Below, piece by piece: positions 47,979 through 57,369 of a stretch of 64,000 bases of DNA; position 1 is the stretch's first letter; the number at the start of each line of letters is the position of its first letter. Source of the stretch: Alphaproteobacteria bacterium (GTDB taxonomy: Bacteria > Pseudomonadota > Alphaproteobacteria > Ferrovibrionales > Ferrovibrionaceae); contig JAGXRD010000076.1 of assembly GCA_018336035.1 (NCBI GenBank), positions 2,426-66,425 of the forward strand, read 5' to 3'. The translations under genes and the position numbers were made by a program. Under the pieces are notes generated by a model that made no database searches, had not been told where the DNA came from, and saw nothing but the letters and a program-made list of their open reading frames with translations.

Positions 47979-49685
47979 TCAGCTACTGGTGGCTGACGCC
48001 TTTTTCTTTTCTTCCTCGACCAGTTCCTTTTTCGACAGTTTGCCGATCAGGGTCTTGGGCAGGGCTTCGCGGATATCCATCGCCACCGGCATCTCATGCT
48101 TGCCCAGCTTGTCCTTCAGGAACTCCTTCAACTCATCGAAGGTGAAGGGCTTGGCATCGGGCTTCAGCTTGATGAAGGCCTTGGCCGACTGGCCGCGATA
48201 CTGGTCGGGGATGCCAATCACGGTGCATTCCTCCACGGCGGGATGCTCGTAGATCGCTTCCTCGATATTGCGCGGATAGACGTTGAAGCCGCCCGACAGG
48301 ATCATGTCCTTCTTGCGGTCGACGATGAAGACATAACCTTCTTCGTCCAGGTAGCCCACATCGCCGGTATGGAAACGGCCGCCGGCAAAGGCTTCCGCCG
48401 TCGCTTCCGGCTTGTTCCAGTAGCCTTTCATCACATTCGGCCCGGTGATGCAGATTTCGCCGGTCTCGTTAACGCCTTTCAGCTTCAGCGGATCGTCGAC
48501 ATCGACGATCTCGATCATGATGCCAGGCAGCGGCAGGCCGCAGGAGCCGCGCTTGCGCTTGCCGCCGTAGATGGTCTGCGTGCCGGCCGGCGAGGTCTCG
48601 GTCATGCCCCAGCCTTCGATCATCTTGTGGCCGGTCACGCTTTCGAACTTGTCCTGCACTTCCACCGGCAGCGGCGCGCCGCCCGAGGCGCAGAATTTCA
48701 GTGCCGAGAGATCATAGTCCTTCAGATTCGGCAGATTGACGATGGCGGCATACATAGTGGGCACGCCGGGGAAGATACTGATCTTCTTCTTGTGCAGGTC
48801 TTCGATCACCGCCTTCAGCTCGAAGCGCGGATGCAGGAAGAACTGCGCGCCGATGGTCAGCATGCGCAGCAGTACCGCGCTCAGGCCGTAGATATGGAAC
48901 ATCGGCAGGACCATCAGCACGCGTTCCTTGCCGTCTTCCAGCTTCAGCGTGTCGTTCTTCTCGGTCCAGGCCCCGTACATATGCACCGTGGCGGTGATGT
49001 TGCCATGCGTCAGCATGGCGCCCTTGGGCTGACCGGTGGTGCCACCGGTATACTGCAGGATCGCCACTTCCTCGGCCGGGTCCTTCACCGGATGCGGCGT
49101 GTAGCGGCCATCGTTGGCGACCAGATCGGTGAAGCGGATATGCCGGTCGTCCTTCGGCACCTGGGCGATTTCCTTGCCCTTGGCCAGCGGGAACAGCAGG
49201 TTCTTGGGGAAGGGCAGCACATCCGGCAGGCGGCAGACCACCACCTTCTTCAGGCGGGTGCTGTCCAGCATCTTGCCGATATTCGGGTACAGCGCCTTGA
49301 GGTCGAGCGTGACCATGATGTCGGTCTGGCTGTCCTCGATCTTGTAGCGCAGCTCGCGCTCGGCATCGAGCGGGCTGTAATTCACCACCCGGCCGCCGGC
49401 CTTGAGGATGGCGAAGAAGCAGATCACGTAATGCGGCGTGTTGGGCAGGAACAGGCCGACATGCACGCCGGGACCCACGCCGAGCTGCTGGAAGCCCTTG
49501 GCGGCGCGATCTACCAGATCGGACACGGCGGCATAGGAATAACCCTTGCCCATGAAGTCGAGACAGGGATTGGGTGCGAAGCGGGCGACCGCGTCGTCCA
49601 AGATGCTCCAGATCGGCTTGGCCTGGAAATTCTGCGCCCAGGTCACGCCGGCCGGATAGGATTTTTCCCAAAACGGAGCGGTCAT
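47979..49685 (-). CDS. Long-chain fatty acid--CoA ligase (AMP-binding family)
   Basis: The AMP motif ILQYTGGTTGQPKGAMLTH, plus GWGMTE, TGDVGYLDEEGYVFIVDRKKD, and GKL.KKEL. Confidence 0.9.
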   Translation of the reverse strand: MTAPFWEKSYPAGVTWAQNFQAKPIWSILDDAVARFAPNPCLDFMGKGYSYAAVSDLVDRAAKGFQQLGVGPGVHVGLFLPNTPHYVICFFAILKAGGRVVNYSPLDAERELRYKIEDSQTDIMVTLDLKALYPNIGKMLDSTRLKKVVVCRLPDVLPFPKNLLFPLAKGKEIAQVPKDDRHIRFTDLVANDGRYTPHPVKDPAEEVAILQYTGGTTGQPKGAMLTHGNITATVHMYGAWTEKNDTLKLEDGKERVLMVLPMFHIYGLSAVLLRMLTIGAQFFLHPRFELKAVIEDLHKKKISIFPGVPTMYAAIVNLPNLKDYDLSALKFCASGGAPLPVEVQDKFESVTGHKMIEGWGMTETSPAGTQTIYGGKRKRGSCGLPLPGIMIEIVDVDDPLKLKGVNETGEICITGPNVMKGYWNKPEATAEAFAGGRFHTGDVGYLDEEGYVFIVDRKKDMILSGGFNVYPRNIEEAIYEHPAVEECTVIGIPDQYRGQSAKAFIKLKPDAKPFTFDELKEFLKDKLGKHEMPVAMDIREALPKTLIGKLSKKELVEEEKKKASATSS

Positions 49686-49895
49686 TCTTTATCCCCCTAG
49701 ACTTCAAATCATTTAGCCGACCGGTGCCGGCCTTCTGCCAGCCATTCTAGGAACCGGGCGGGGTCAGCGCAACGTGGCGCAGCGTCAGGCCAATTCGGTT
49801 CATCCGGCAGGGCAATGGCGGAACTTGCCTGTGCATAAACCGGCCGCCGGGTTGCGCGGATTAGCGCCGGCTGGCACAATCCATGCCAGATTTTC

Positions 49896-51641
49896 ATGCT
49901 TTCAGGTGAGGCCAGGATGGGCGCCAAGGACATGCGGGCGGAGCGCGACCGTTTCGTCGCCTTCGCCTTCTCCGCGGCGGACCTGATGCTCGAAGTGTCC
50001 GGCGACGGCCTGATCACCTTCGCCTCCGGTGCCGCAAGACTGATCGCCGGCTGCGAGGCCGAGGCGCTGGTCGGCCAGAAATTCGCCGAGCTGGTCGACG
50101 ACGGCGACCGCCATTTCCTGATGAACCTGCTGGGCAGCCTGGCTGTGGGCGGTCGCATCGAGCCGGTCACGGTTCGCTTGCTGCAGGCCAATGGCACGGC
50201 TGGCGCGATCTGCGTGCTGGGCGGCTGCTGCCTGCCGCGCCAGGACGGGCGTTACTATCTCACGCTTTCCAATGTGCGCCTGCCGCAGGCCGAAACCGCG
50301 CTGGCCAACAAGCGCGATTACCAGACTGGCCTGCTGGCGGCGGAAGATTTCGAGACGCTGGCCGGCGACCGCCTGAAGCTGGCGCGCGAACTCGGCTCGG
50401 AAGTGAAGCTGACGCTGATCGAGATTGTCGGCCTGAAAGAACTGGTCGACAGCCTGCCACCGGACGAGAGCGAGAGCCTGATGGGCGATGTAGGCGCGCT
50501 GATCCGCGCCAAGTCGATCAGTGGCGACACGGCGGGTCTGATCGATACCGAGAAATACGGCATCCTGCATGCCAACAGCATCGACCAGGAAGCCGTGGCT
50601 GCGCAGGTGCGCGACCTGATCAAGCAGAGCGGCGTGCCGGCCGCTGCAGACGCCGCCAAGGGCGTCGGTGTGCGCGGCGCCACACTCGATCTGCACCAGA
50701 AGGCGATGAGCGATGAAGATGCCGCCAGCGCCATGGCTTTTGCCGTCGACCGCTTCGCCAGCGAAGGGGCGGCGGCTTTCGCATTGCATTCCACCGAAGA
50801 GAGTTTGAAAGCGCTGCTGCAGAAGACCGTGTCGCGCGTGCGCGCGCTGCGTTCGGCCGTCGCCAGCCGGCAGTTCGACCTGGTGTTTCAGCCGATCGTG
50901 CGGCTCGATACCCGCACGCTGCATCATTACGAGGCGTTGTCGCGTTTCGAGGACGGCGGCTCGCCGTTTGAGACCATCCGTCTGGCCGAAGGCGTGCATA
51001 TGATCGGCGAATTCGACCTCGCCGTGGTGCATCGCGTGGTCGAGCTGCTGTCCGAACGCCGCAAGCAGGGCGACCGGATCGATGTGGCGGTGAATCTTTC
51101 CGGCCACAGTCTGGAAAGTGCGGTCTTCATGGCCGCGCTGCGTGAAATCCTCGCCGATGATCCGGGGCTGCGGAAGCAGCTGATTTTCGAGATCACGGAA
51201 TCGACCCAGATCAGCAATCTGGTGCATGCCGCAAACGCCGTGCGGCAGCTGCGCGATGACGGCCATTCGGTCTGTCTTGATGATTTCGGCGCCGGGGCGG
51301 CGTCCTTCCCCTATCTGCAGGCGCTCGAAGTCGATTACGTCAAGATCGACGGCGCCTATGTGAAGGCGCTGCAGACTGCTGGCCAGATGCGCGACCAGGC
51401 GATCCTCAAGGGCATGGTCTGGCTCTGCAAGGAACTCGGCATCGGCACGGTGGCCGAAATGGTCGAGACCGAAGACCAGGCGCGGCTGCTGCTCGATTTC
51501 GGCATCGATTACGGCCAGGGCTATCTGTTCGGCTACCCGGAAGCCGTGCCGCAGATGGAGCCGCTACGCTTCGATGACCCGCCGGCAGACCGGCCCGGTT
51601 CTCAGCGCAAGCCGGGCGACTTCAAGCTGAAACGCAGCTAG
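49896..51641 (+). CDS. PAS / degenerate GGDEF-like / EAL phosphodiesterase (EAL residues look intact)
   Basis: QPIVRLDTRTLHHYEALSRF, VNLS, FEITES, LDDFGAGAAS, VKIDG, AEMVET and QGYLFG. The start is uncertain (49896 or 49917). Confidence 0.85.
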   Translation: MLSGEARMGAKDMRAERDRFVAFAFSAADLMLEVSGDGLITFASGAARLIAGCEAEALVGQKFAELVDDGDRHFLMNLLGSLAVGGRIEPVTVRLLQANGTAGAICVLGGCCLPRQDGRYYLTLSNVRLPQAETALANKRDYQTGLLAAEDFETLAGDRLKLARELGSEVKLTLIEIVGLKELVDSLPPDESESLMGDVGALIRAKSISGDTAGLIDTEKYGILHANSIDQEAVAAQVRDLIKQSGVPAAADAAKGVGVRGATLDLHQKAMSDEDAASAMAFAVDRFASEGAAAFALHSTEESLKALLQKTVSRVRALRSAVASRQFDLVFQPIVRLDTRTLHHYEALSRFEDGGSPFETIRLAEGVHMIGEFDLAVVHRVVELLSERRKQGDRIDVAVNLSGHSLESAVFMAALREILADDPGLRKQLIFEITESTQISNLVHAANAVRQLRDDGHSVCLDDFGAGAASFPYLQALEVDYVKIDGAYVKALQTAGQMRDQAILKGMVWLCKELGIGTVAEMVETEDQARLLLDFGIDYGQGYLFGYPEAVPQMEPLRFDDPPADRPGSQRKPGDFKLKRS

Positions 51642-52504
51642 GCGCGCAACTCGACCCGTCCGTGATCCAGCACCACCACGTCGCGCTCGACCAGGCGCGC
51701 GCGGAACGACACGATGTTGCCATCGCGCCAGATTTCGGTGTGGATCGTCTCGCCGGGAAATACGGGCGCGGTGAAGCGCGCATTGATATCGGCGATGCGC
51801 GAGGGATCGTGATCGCAGACTGCCTTGACCACGGCGCGCACGGCGATGCCATAAGTGCAGAGGCCATGCAGGATGGGGCGCGGGAAGCCGGCGGCCGCGG
51901 CAAAAGCCGGTTCGGCATGCAGCGGATTACGGTCGCCGCACAGCCGGTAGAACAGCGCCTGGTTCGGCTGCGTCTTCAAGGTCACGCCGGCATCCGGTTG
52001 GCGATCCGGAATCGCATGCGGTTTGGGGGGCAACTCTTCGGGTTTGCGCACCGGGCCGCCGAAGCCGCCGTCGCCGCGCGCGAATGTCGTCGATAGCAGC
52101 GTGACCAGCTTTTCGCCGCTGGCCGCATCCGTGATGGTGTTTTCCACCAGCATGATGGCGCCCTTGCCGGCGCCTTTGTCGAACACATCCTTGATGCGGA
52201 CTTTGGCCTTCACGCGGCCGGCGGCCGGCAGCGGCTTGTGGACGGTGATGCGCTGCTCGCCATGCACCACCATCACGTAGTTGATGCCGGTGCGCGGCGT
52301 CCAGCTGTCGTCCCAGCAGATCACGGTCGAGAGGCTGGGCAGCGCCCTCAGGTTCTTCTCGAACACGAAGGGCAGTTCGTCGAGATCCATCGGGTCCTGG
52401 CCCATGCCGACGCCGAGTGCATAGAGCATGGTCTCGCGGTCGCTGTAGCTGACCTCGCGAACCGGAATGTCGAGCGCAAGCAGTTCGTCATAGACAATCG
52501 GCAT
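51638..52504 (-). CDS. Double-hotdog MaoC / hydratase-2 family enoyl-CoA hydratase
   Basis: Trimmed to ATG 52504, which follows AAGGGAGGA. Motifs: ALFYRLCGDRNPLHAEPAFAAAAGFPRPILHGL, with an N-terminal hotdog VVHGEQRITVHKPLP. Confidence 0.8.
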   Translation of the reverse strand: MPIVYDELLALDIPVREVSYSDRETMLYALGVGMGQDPMDLDELPFVFEKNLRALPSLSTVICWDDSWTPRTGINYVMVVHGEQRITVHKPLPAAGRVKAKVRIKDVFDKGAGKGAIMLVENTITDAASGEKLVTLLSTTFARGDGGFGGPVRKPEELPPKPHAIPDRQPDAGVTLKTQPNQALFYRLCGDRNPLHAEPAFAAAAGFPRPILHGLCTYGIAVRAVVKAVCDHDPSRIADINARFTAPVFPGETIHTEIWRDGNIVSFRARLVERDVVVLDHGRVELRA

Positions 52505-52607
52505 GGTTCCTCCCTTAATTCTCGCCGGGATATTTTCTGCGACTCTAGCGGCGCAGACCGCCGGTCGCCAGCCTTGACGCAGCGTCAAGGCTTCAGTGGA
52601 GGAAAAC

Positions 52608-53459
52608 ATGGCTTACAAGACCTTCGATTTCACCGTCGCCGATCATGTCGCACAGATCGTGTTCAACCGGCCCGACAAGGCCAATGCGATGATCCTGCCC
52701 TTCTGGCAGGAAATGGTCGATGTCTTTGCCGAGATCGAGGACCGGCCCGAAATCCGCGCGGTGGTGATTTCCTCCACCGGCAAGCATTTCACCGGCGGGC
52801 TCGACCTCTCTGCCTTCGGCACCATCGCCGGCGACATGCTGACCGGCGATCGTGGCCGGGTCGGCGAGCAGTTCCGCCGCGCCGTGGCCGAGATGCAGGA
52901 AAGCTTCACGGTGATCGAAAAGTGCCGCGTGCCGGTGATCGCCGCTATCCAGGGCGGCTGCGTCGGTGGCGGCGTCGACCTGATCTCGGCCTGTGACATG
53001 CGCTACGGCACGACGGATGCCTGGTTCTGCATCCAGGAAATCAATATCGGCATGACCGCCGATGTCGGTACCCTGCAGCGCCTGCCACATCTGATGCCGT
53101 CAGGCCTGGTGCGTGAACTGGCCTATACCGGCCGCCGCATGACGGCGGATGAGGCGCTGCAATCGGGGCTGGTGAACCAGCTGTTCGACAGCCAGGTGGC
53201 GATGCTGGCCCATGCGCTCGATACCGCCCGCAGCATTGCGTCGAAGTCGCCGCTGGCCATCCACGGCACCAAGGAAATGCTGAACTACACCCGCGACCAC
53301 AGCGTCGCCGATGCGCTGAACTACATGCAGGTCTGGCAGTCCGGCATGTTCCTGACCGCCGACCTGATGGAAGCGATCACGGCCCAGCAGCAGAAGCGCG
53401 AGCCCCAATTCGCCGATCTTCTGCCGGCCAAGAAGATCGTGCGGAAAGGGCGGCGCTGA
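52608..53459 (+). CDS. Enoyl-CoA hydratase/isomerase (crotonase) family protein
   Basis: FNRPDKANAM...GKHFTGGLDL...IAAIQGGCVGGGVDLISACDMRY. Confidence 0.88.
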   Translation: MAYKTFDFTVADHVAQIVFNRPDKANAMILPFWQEMVDVFAEIEDRPEIRAVVISSTGKHFTGGLDLSAFGTIAGDMLTGDRGRVGEQFRRAVAEMQESFTVIEKCRVPVIAAIQGGCVGGGVDLISACDMRYGTTDAWFCIQEINIGMTADVGTLQRLPHLMPSGLVRELAYTGRRMTADEALQSGLVNQLFDSQVAMLAHALDTARSIASKSPLAIHGTKEMLNYTRDHSVADALNYMQVWQSGMFLTADLMEAITAQQQKREPQFADLLPAKKIVRKGRR

Positions 53460-53570
53460 CTCCCGGCTAACAGCCCACCAGCAATAGAGATGACGCCCGC
53501 CGATATTTGAGTTCGGCGGAAGCTTCGTGCTAGTTTTGTTATCTATTCAAAAAATCGAAAATCGTCGGAA

Positions 53571-55508
53571 ATGAATTATAGAGCAGATATTGATGGCTTA
53601 CGGGCGGTGGCGGTACTGCCGGTTGTCTTGTTCCACGCTGACATATTCAACATATTTCAGGGCGGCTATCTGGGGGTCGACGTCTTTTTCGTCATTAGCG
53701 GCTATCTGATTACTTCGATAATCCTGTCTGACATCGCGGCAGCGAAGTTTTCCTTCGTGCAGTTCTACGAGCGTCGGATAAGGCGGATATTGCCAGCCCA
53801 GGTACTCGTCATCATATGTACCATTCCGTTCGCGTTGCTCTGGCTCCCGCCGGACATGCTACAGGAGTTCGTCCGGAGCGTTTCGCGGACGATGCAACTC
53901 CGGTCCAATTTGTTCTTCATGCAAGTGACGGGTTATTTCAATGACTCGAACCTGCTGAAGCCGCTGATACATATGTGGTCACTGTCGATCGAGGAGCAGT
54001 TCTATCTGCTGTTTCCTTTGTTGCTGGTTTTTATGTCGCGCTTTGCGCGCAGTTGGCTGTTACCGGTACTGATCGTTGGTACGATTTTGTCGCTCGGCAT
54101 GGCGGAATGGGGGATCCGCAACTATCCGCGAGTGGCCTTCTACAGTTTGCCAACGCGGGCATGGGAATTGGCGATCGGCGCGATTCTGGCCCTTCTGGCA
54201 AGCCGATATGGCAGGCTACCTGCAAAGGGTCTGCTCGGGCTTCTCCCACTGGCTGGAATCATCCTGATTTTTGGGTCGATGGTGATGTTTGACAGTACCA
54301 CCCGCCATCCGAGTCTGCTGACAATTTTGCCCGTGACAGGAACGGCGATGGTGATCTGGTTCGGCGGTGGTAACGACCCCTGCACAAGACTGCTGTCGTT
54401 CAAGCCTTTGGTAGGTGTGGGCCTGATTTCATATTCGCTATACCTGTGGCATCAGCCCGTCCTAGCGCTGGGCCGTGCCTATTCCATTGACCGTCTCGAT
54501 GTTTTCATGACCCTAGCCCTGATCGGGCTTTCAGTCGGACTAGCTGTTCTCTCCTGGAAATACGTTGAGGTTCCGTGCCGCACGCGAACGAAGGTGCCAA
54601 GTTGGATGGTATGGAGCTTCGGCCCGGCCGTAGTCGTGTGTCTGCTGGTGTTCACGAAGGTTGAGATTCTTCGAGACGGTTTCCCGACCAGATTCCCGCA
54701 GACTGTCCTGGATGCCATGGCTGCCAAGCCGGGTTATTACAATGTTGCAGGAGATGATTGTTCAGCGCGGCAATGCGTAATCGGCGATCCAAGTGCCGCA
54801 CCCTCTTATTTGATCATGGGGGACAGCCACGCCAGTATGCTGGCACGCAGCTTCGATGTTGCGCTCCGTGCGGAAGGGCAGGCCGCGATTATGTCGGCCG
54901 AGGGTGGAATCTTTCTGACCCGCGAAACGCGTCTTCAGGACGTCACTCCATTGGAACGTGCCGCCATACCATCCCGGGCAAAATTACTCGAAGATCCGAA
55001 TATAAAGACAGTCATTCTCGCTGGCCGTTATACACTTAAATTTGACGGCCGTCCTTTTGATAACGGCGAGGGTGGCAAGGAATACCGGAGTGTGATCTCC
55101 CGCAGTGACGCGCAAAAGGTGGAGTTGCAGAGGCTCTGGCGGGATGATGTGGAGTTTTTGTTAGGGCTTGGAAAGCGTGTTGTATTGATCTATCCGGTTC
55201 CAGAAGTCGGATGGCACGTTCCAGTAACGACCTTTAAGCGGTTTATTCGTGGAAGCACCGAAGACATTACAACGTCTTATGAGCGCTACATGCAGCGCAA
55301 CCACGACATTCTGGAGCTATTCGATGGTATTGGCGAACATTCGCGCCTGCTGCGACTACGACCTGATCGACTTCTGTGCGGCGCAACGAGTCCGGATCGG
55401 TGCGTTACGCGGCGCGATGGCGTAATTCTCTACGTAGATGACAACCATCTGTCTACGGCCGGGGCCGAACTACTGGTCACGCATATGATGCGTGAAATGA
55501 GCCGGTAG
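53571..55508 (+). CDS. Acyltransferase-3 family membrane O-acyltransferase with C-terminal SGNH-like domain (OafA/OatA-like)
   Basis: MNYRADIDGLRAVAVLPVVLFHA...GYLGVDVFFVISGYLI...WSLSIEEQFY, a multi-TM region, and a C-terminal MGDSHA region. It has visibly more A/T-ending codons than its neighbours. Confidence 0.88.
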   Translation: MNYRADIDGLRAVAVLPVVLFHADIFNIFQGGYLGVDVFFVISGYLITSIILSDIAAAKFSFVQFYERRIRRILPAQVLVIICTIPFALLWLPPDMLQEFVRSVSRTMQLRSNLFFMQVTGYFNDSNLLKPLIHMWSLSIEEQFYLLFPLLLVFMSRFARSWLLPVLIVGTILSLGMAEWGIRNYPRVAFYSLPTRAWELAIGAILALLASRYGRLPAKGLLGLLPLAGIILIFGSMVMFDSTTRHPSLLTILPVTGTAMVIWFGGGNDPCTRLLSFKPLVGVGLISYSLYLWHQPVLALGRAYSIDRLDVFMTLALIGLSVGLAVLSWKYVEVPCRTRTKVPSWMVWSFGPAVVVCLLVFTKVEILRDGFPTRFPQTVLDAMAAKPGYYNVAGDDCSARQCVIGDPSAAPSYLIMGDSHASMLARSFDVALRAEGQAAIMSAEGGIFLTRETRLQDVTPLERAAIPSRAKLLEDPNIKTVILAGRYTLKFDGRPFDNGEGGKEYRSVISRSDAQKVELQRLWRDDVEFLLGLGKRVVLIYPVPEVGWHVPVTTFKRFIRGSTEDITTSYERYMQRNHDILELFDGIGEHSRLLRLRPDRLLCGATSPDRCVTRRDGVILYVDDNHLSTAGAELLVTHMMREMSR

Positions 55509-55590
55509 AACAAATAGTCTGTGGGATTGACCTGTTTTCGTTAACATTGGGTCTGTCTTCCAGGGTACCTGTCGCTGCGGAGCCGTCTCT

Positions 55591-56013
55591 CTAGCTGGCT
55601 CCTAGCACCTTCCAGATCCCTTCCGAGGTCAGCACCGGTTTTTCGCCGACCGTCGCCGTGCCGTGGATAAAGATCAGGCTGCGGGTCTGGCGCACGATAT
55701 GGCCGCGCATCTCGACGAAATCGCCCGGCTTCACGGCGGCGATGAACTGGTTGTTCAGCGATACGGTGGCGCAGGCGGCGCGGTCCACCGCATCCCAGAC
55801 CATCCAGCCCAGCACATGGTCAGCCAGCGTCATCAGCATGCCGCCATGCACCACGCCACGCGAATTGGTATGGCGCTCTTCCGCCAGCAGGGCGTAAGCC
55901 GAACCGTTCGCGCCATCTTTTTCGCGTTTCACCCAGATCGGGCCTACTTCCAGGGTAAAAGGCCCCTGGCCGGATCGCTGTTTCCAGCCTGCTGCCGCAG
56001 GATCAAACGTCAT
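55591..56013 (-). CDS. PaaI-family hotdog thioesterase
   Basis: NSRGVVHGGMLMTLADHVLG. The ORF is 140 aa. Confidence 0.8.
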   Translation of the reverse strand: MTFDPAAAGWKQRSGQGPFTLEVGPIWVKREKDGANGSAYALLAEERHTNSRGVVHGGMLMTLADHVLGWMVWDAVDRAACATVSLNNQFIAAVKPGDFVEMRGHIVRQTRSLIFIHGTATVGEKPVLTSEGIWKVLGAS

Positions 56014-56143
56014 CGCACTGTCCTTCCGTTACGGCGCGACTTGAGCAAGCGAATCACCTGATTGCAAGGCCTTCCGCAGCGTCACCTGCTTGCCTGAATT
56101 CGCCGCTGGTCCTAACCTTGCCGCCGTCACAGGGAGAAACGCC

Positions 56144-57334
56144 ATGGATCTCGAATTCACGGCCGAAGAACGCGCCTTCCGCGAAGAGGTGCGCGATTTC
56201 ATTCGCAGCAGTCTGCCGCTCGCGCTGGCGGAGAAGACGCGGCAACGCATTCATCTCGACAAGGCTGACTTTGTCGCCTGGCACAAGATTCTGCATGCGC
56301 GCGGCTGGGGTGCGCCGAACTGGCCGAAGCAATATGGCGGTCCGGGCTGGACTCCGGTGCAGCGCTATATCTTCGACGAGGAATGCGCGTCGTCCGATGC
56401 GCCGCCGCTGGTGCCGTTCGGCATCAGCATGGTCGGCCCGGTGATCTACACCTTCGGCACTGAAGAGCAGAAGGCGAAATACCTGCCGCGCATCGTCAGC
56501 ATGGAAGACTGGTGGTGCCAGGGCTATTCCGAACCGGGCTCGGGTTCCGATCTCGCGTCCTTGCGCACGCGAGCCGAAAGTGACGGCGACCATTACGTGG
56601 TGAACGGCCACAAGATGTGGACCACGCAGGCGCAGCACGCGAACATGATGTTCTGTCTCGTGCGCACCGATCCGGATGCCAAGCCGCAGGAGGGCATCTC
56701 CTTCCTGCTGCTCGACATGACCGATCCCGGCGTGAAAGTGCGGCCGATCATCTCGATCGACGAAGGCCACAGCGTCAACGAGGTGTTCCTCGACAATGTG
56801 CGCGTGCCCAAGGCCAATCTGATCGGCAAGGAAGGCAAGGGCTGGACCTATGCCAAGTTCCTGCTTGGCAACGAACGTACCGGCATCGCCGAAGTCGCGA
56901 CCTCGAAACAGCGCCTCAAGCGGCTGAAGGAGATTGCCCGCGCTGAACAGGCCTGCGGCCGGCCGCTGCTGGAAGATGCCGATTTCCGCGCCAAGGTGGC
57001 AGCCGTCGAGATCGATCTGCTGGCGCTGGAATATACCAACCTGCGCATGCTGGCGGCCGAGAATGCCGGCAAGGGCGTTGGGCCCGAGGCCAGCATGCTG
57101 AAAATCCGCGGTTCGGAAATCCAGCAGAGTCTGAGCGAGCTGGCCGTCGAGGCGCTCGGTTATTATGCCGCGCCCTATGAGCACCGTCCGGATGGATCGA
57201 ACCAGCCGCCGGTCGGGCCGGATTATGCGCAGGGCCGCATGGAAAGCTATCTCTACTATCGCGCCACCACGATCTACGGCGGCTCGAACGAAATTCAGCG
57301 CAACATCATCGCCAAGATGGTGTTGGGCCTCTGA
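56144..57334 (+). CDS. Acyl-CoA dehydrogenase (candidate catalytic subunit of a two-gene pair)
   Basis: Trimmed to ATG 56144. Motifs: WWCQGYSEPGSGSDLASL, VVNGHKMWTT, LLGNERTGIA, and IYGGSNEIQRNIIA. Confidence 0.9.
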   Translation: MDLEFTAEERAFREEVRDFIRSSLPLALAEKTRQRIHLDKADFVAWHKILHARGWGAPNWPKQYGGPGWTPVQRYIFDEECASSDAPPLVPFGISMVGPVIYTFGTEEQKAKYLPRIVSMEDWWCQGYSEPGSGSDLASLRTRAESDGDHYVVNGHKMWTTQAQHANMMFCLVRTDPDAKPQEGISFLLLDMTDPGVKVRPIISIDEGHSVNEVFLDNVRVPKANLIGKEGKGWTYAKFLLGNERTGIAEVATSKQRLKRLKEIARAEQACGRPLLEDADFRAKVAAVEIDLLALEYTNLRMLAAENAGKGVGPEASMLKIRGSEIQQSLSELAVEALGYYAAPYEHRPDGSNQPPVGPDYAQGRMESYLYYRATTIYGGSNEIQRNIIAKMVLGL

Positions 57335-57369
57335 ACCCAGACGAAGATTAAGACAGGAAAGAACGTCCC

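Noticed and set aside
49750-49776. A second EcfG-type promoter (GGAAC at 49750 upstream of the EAL phosphodiesterase gene).
   Set aside because: The -10 element after 17-18 nt reads ACGT/CGTG rather than CGTT, and the spacer length is off. It is probably a chance GGAAC.
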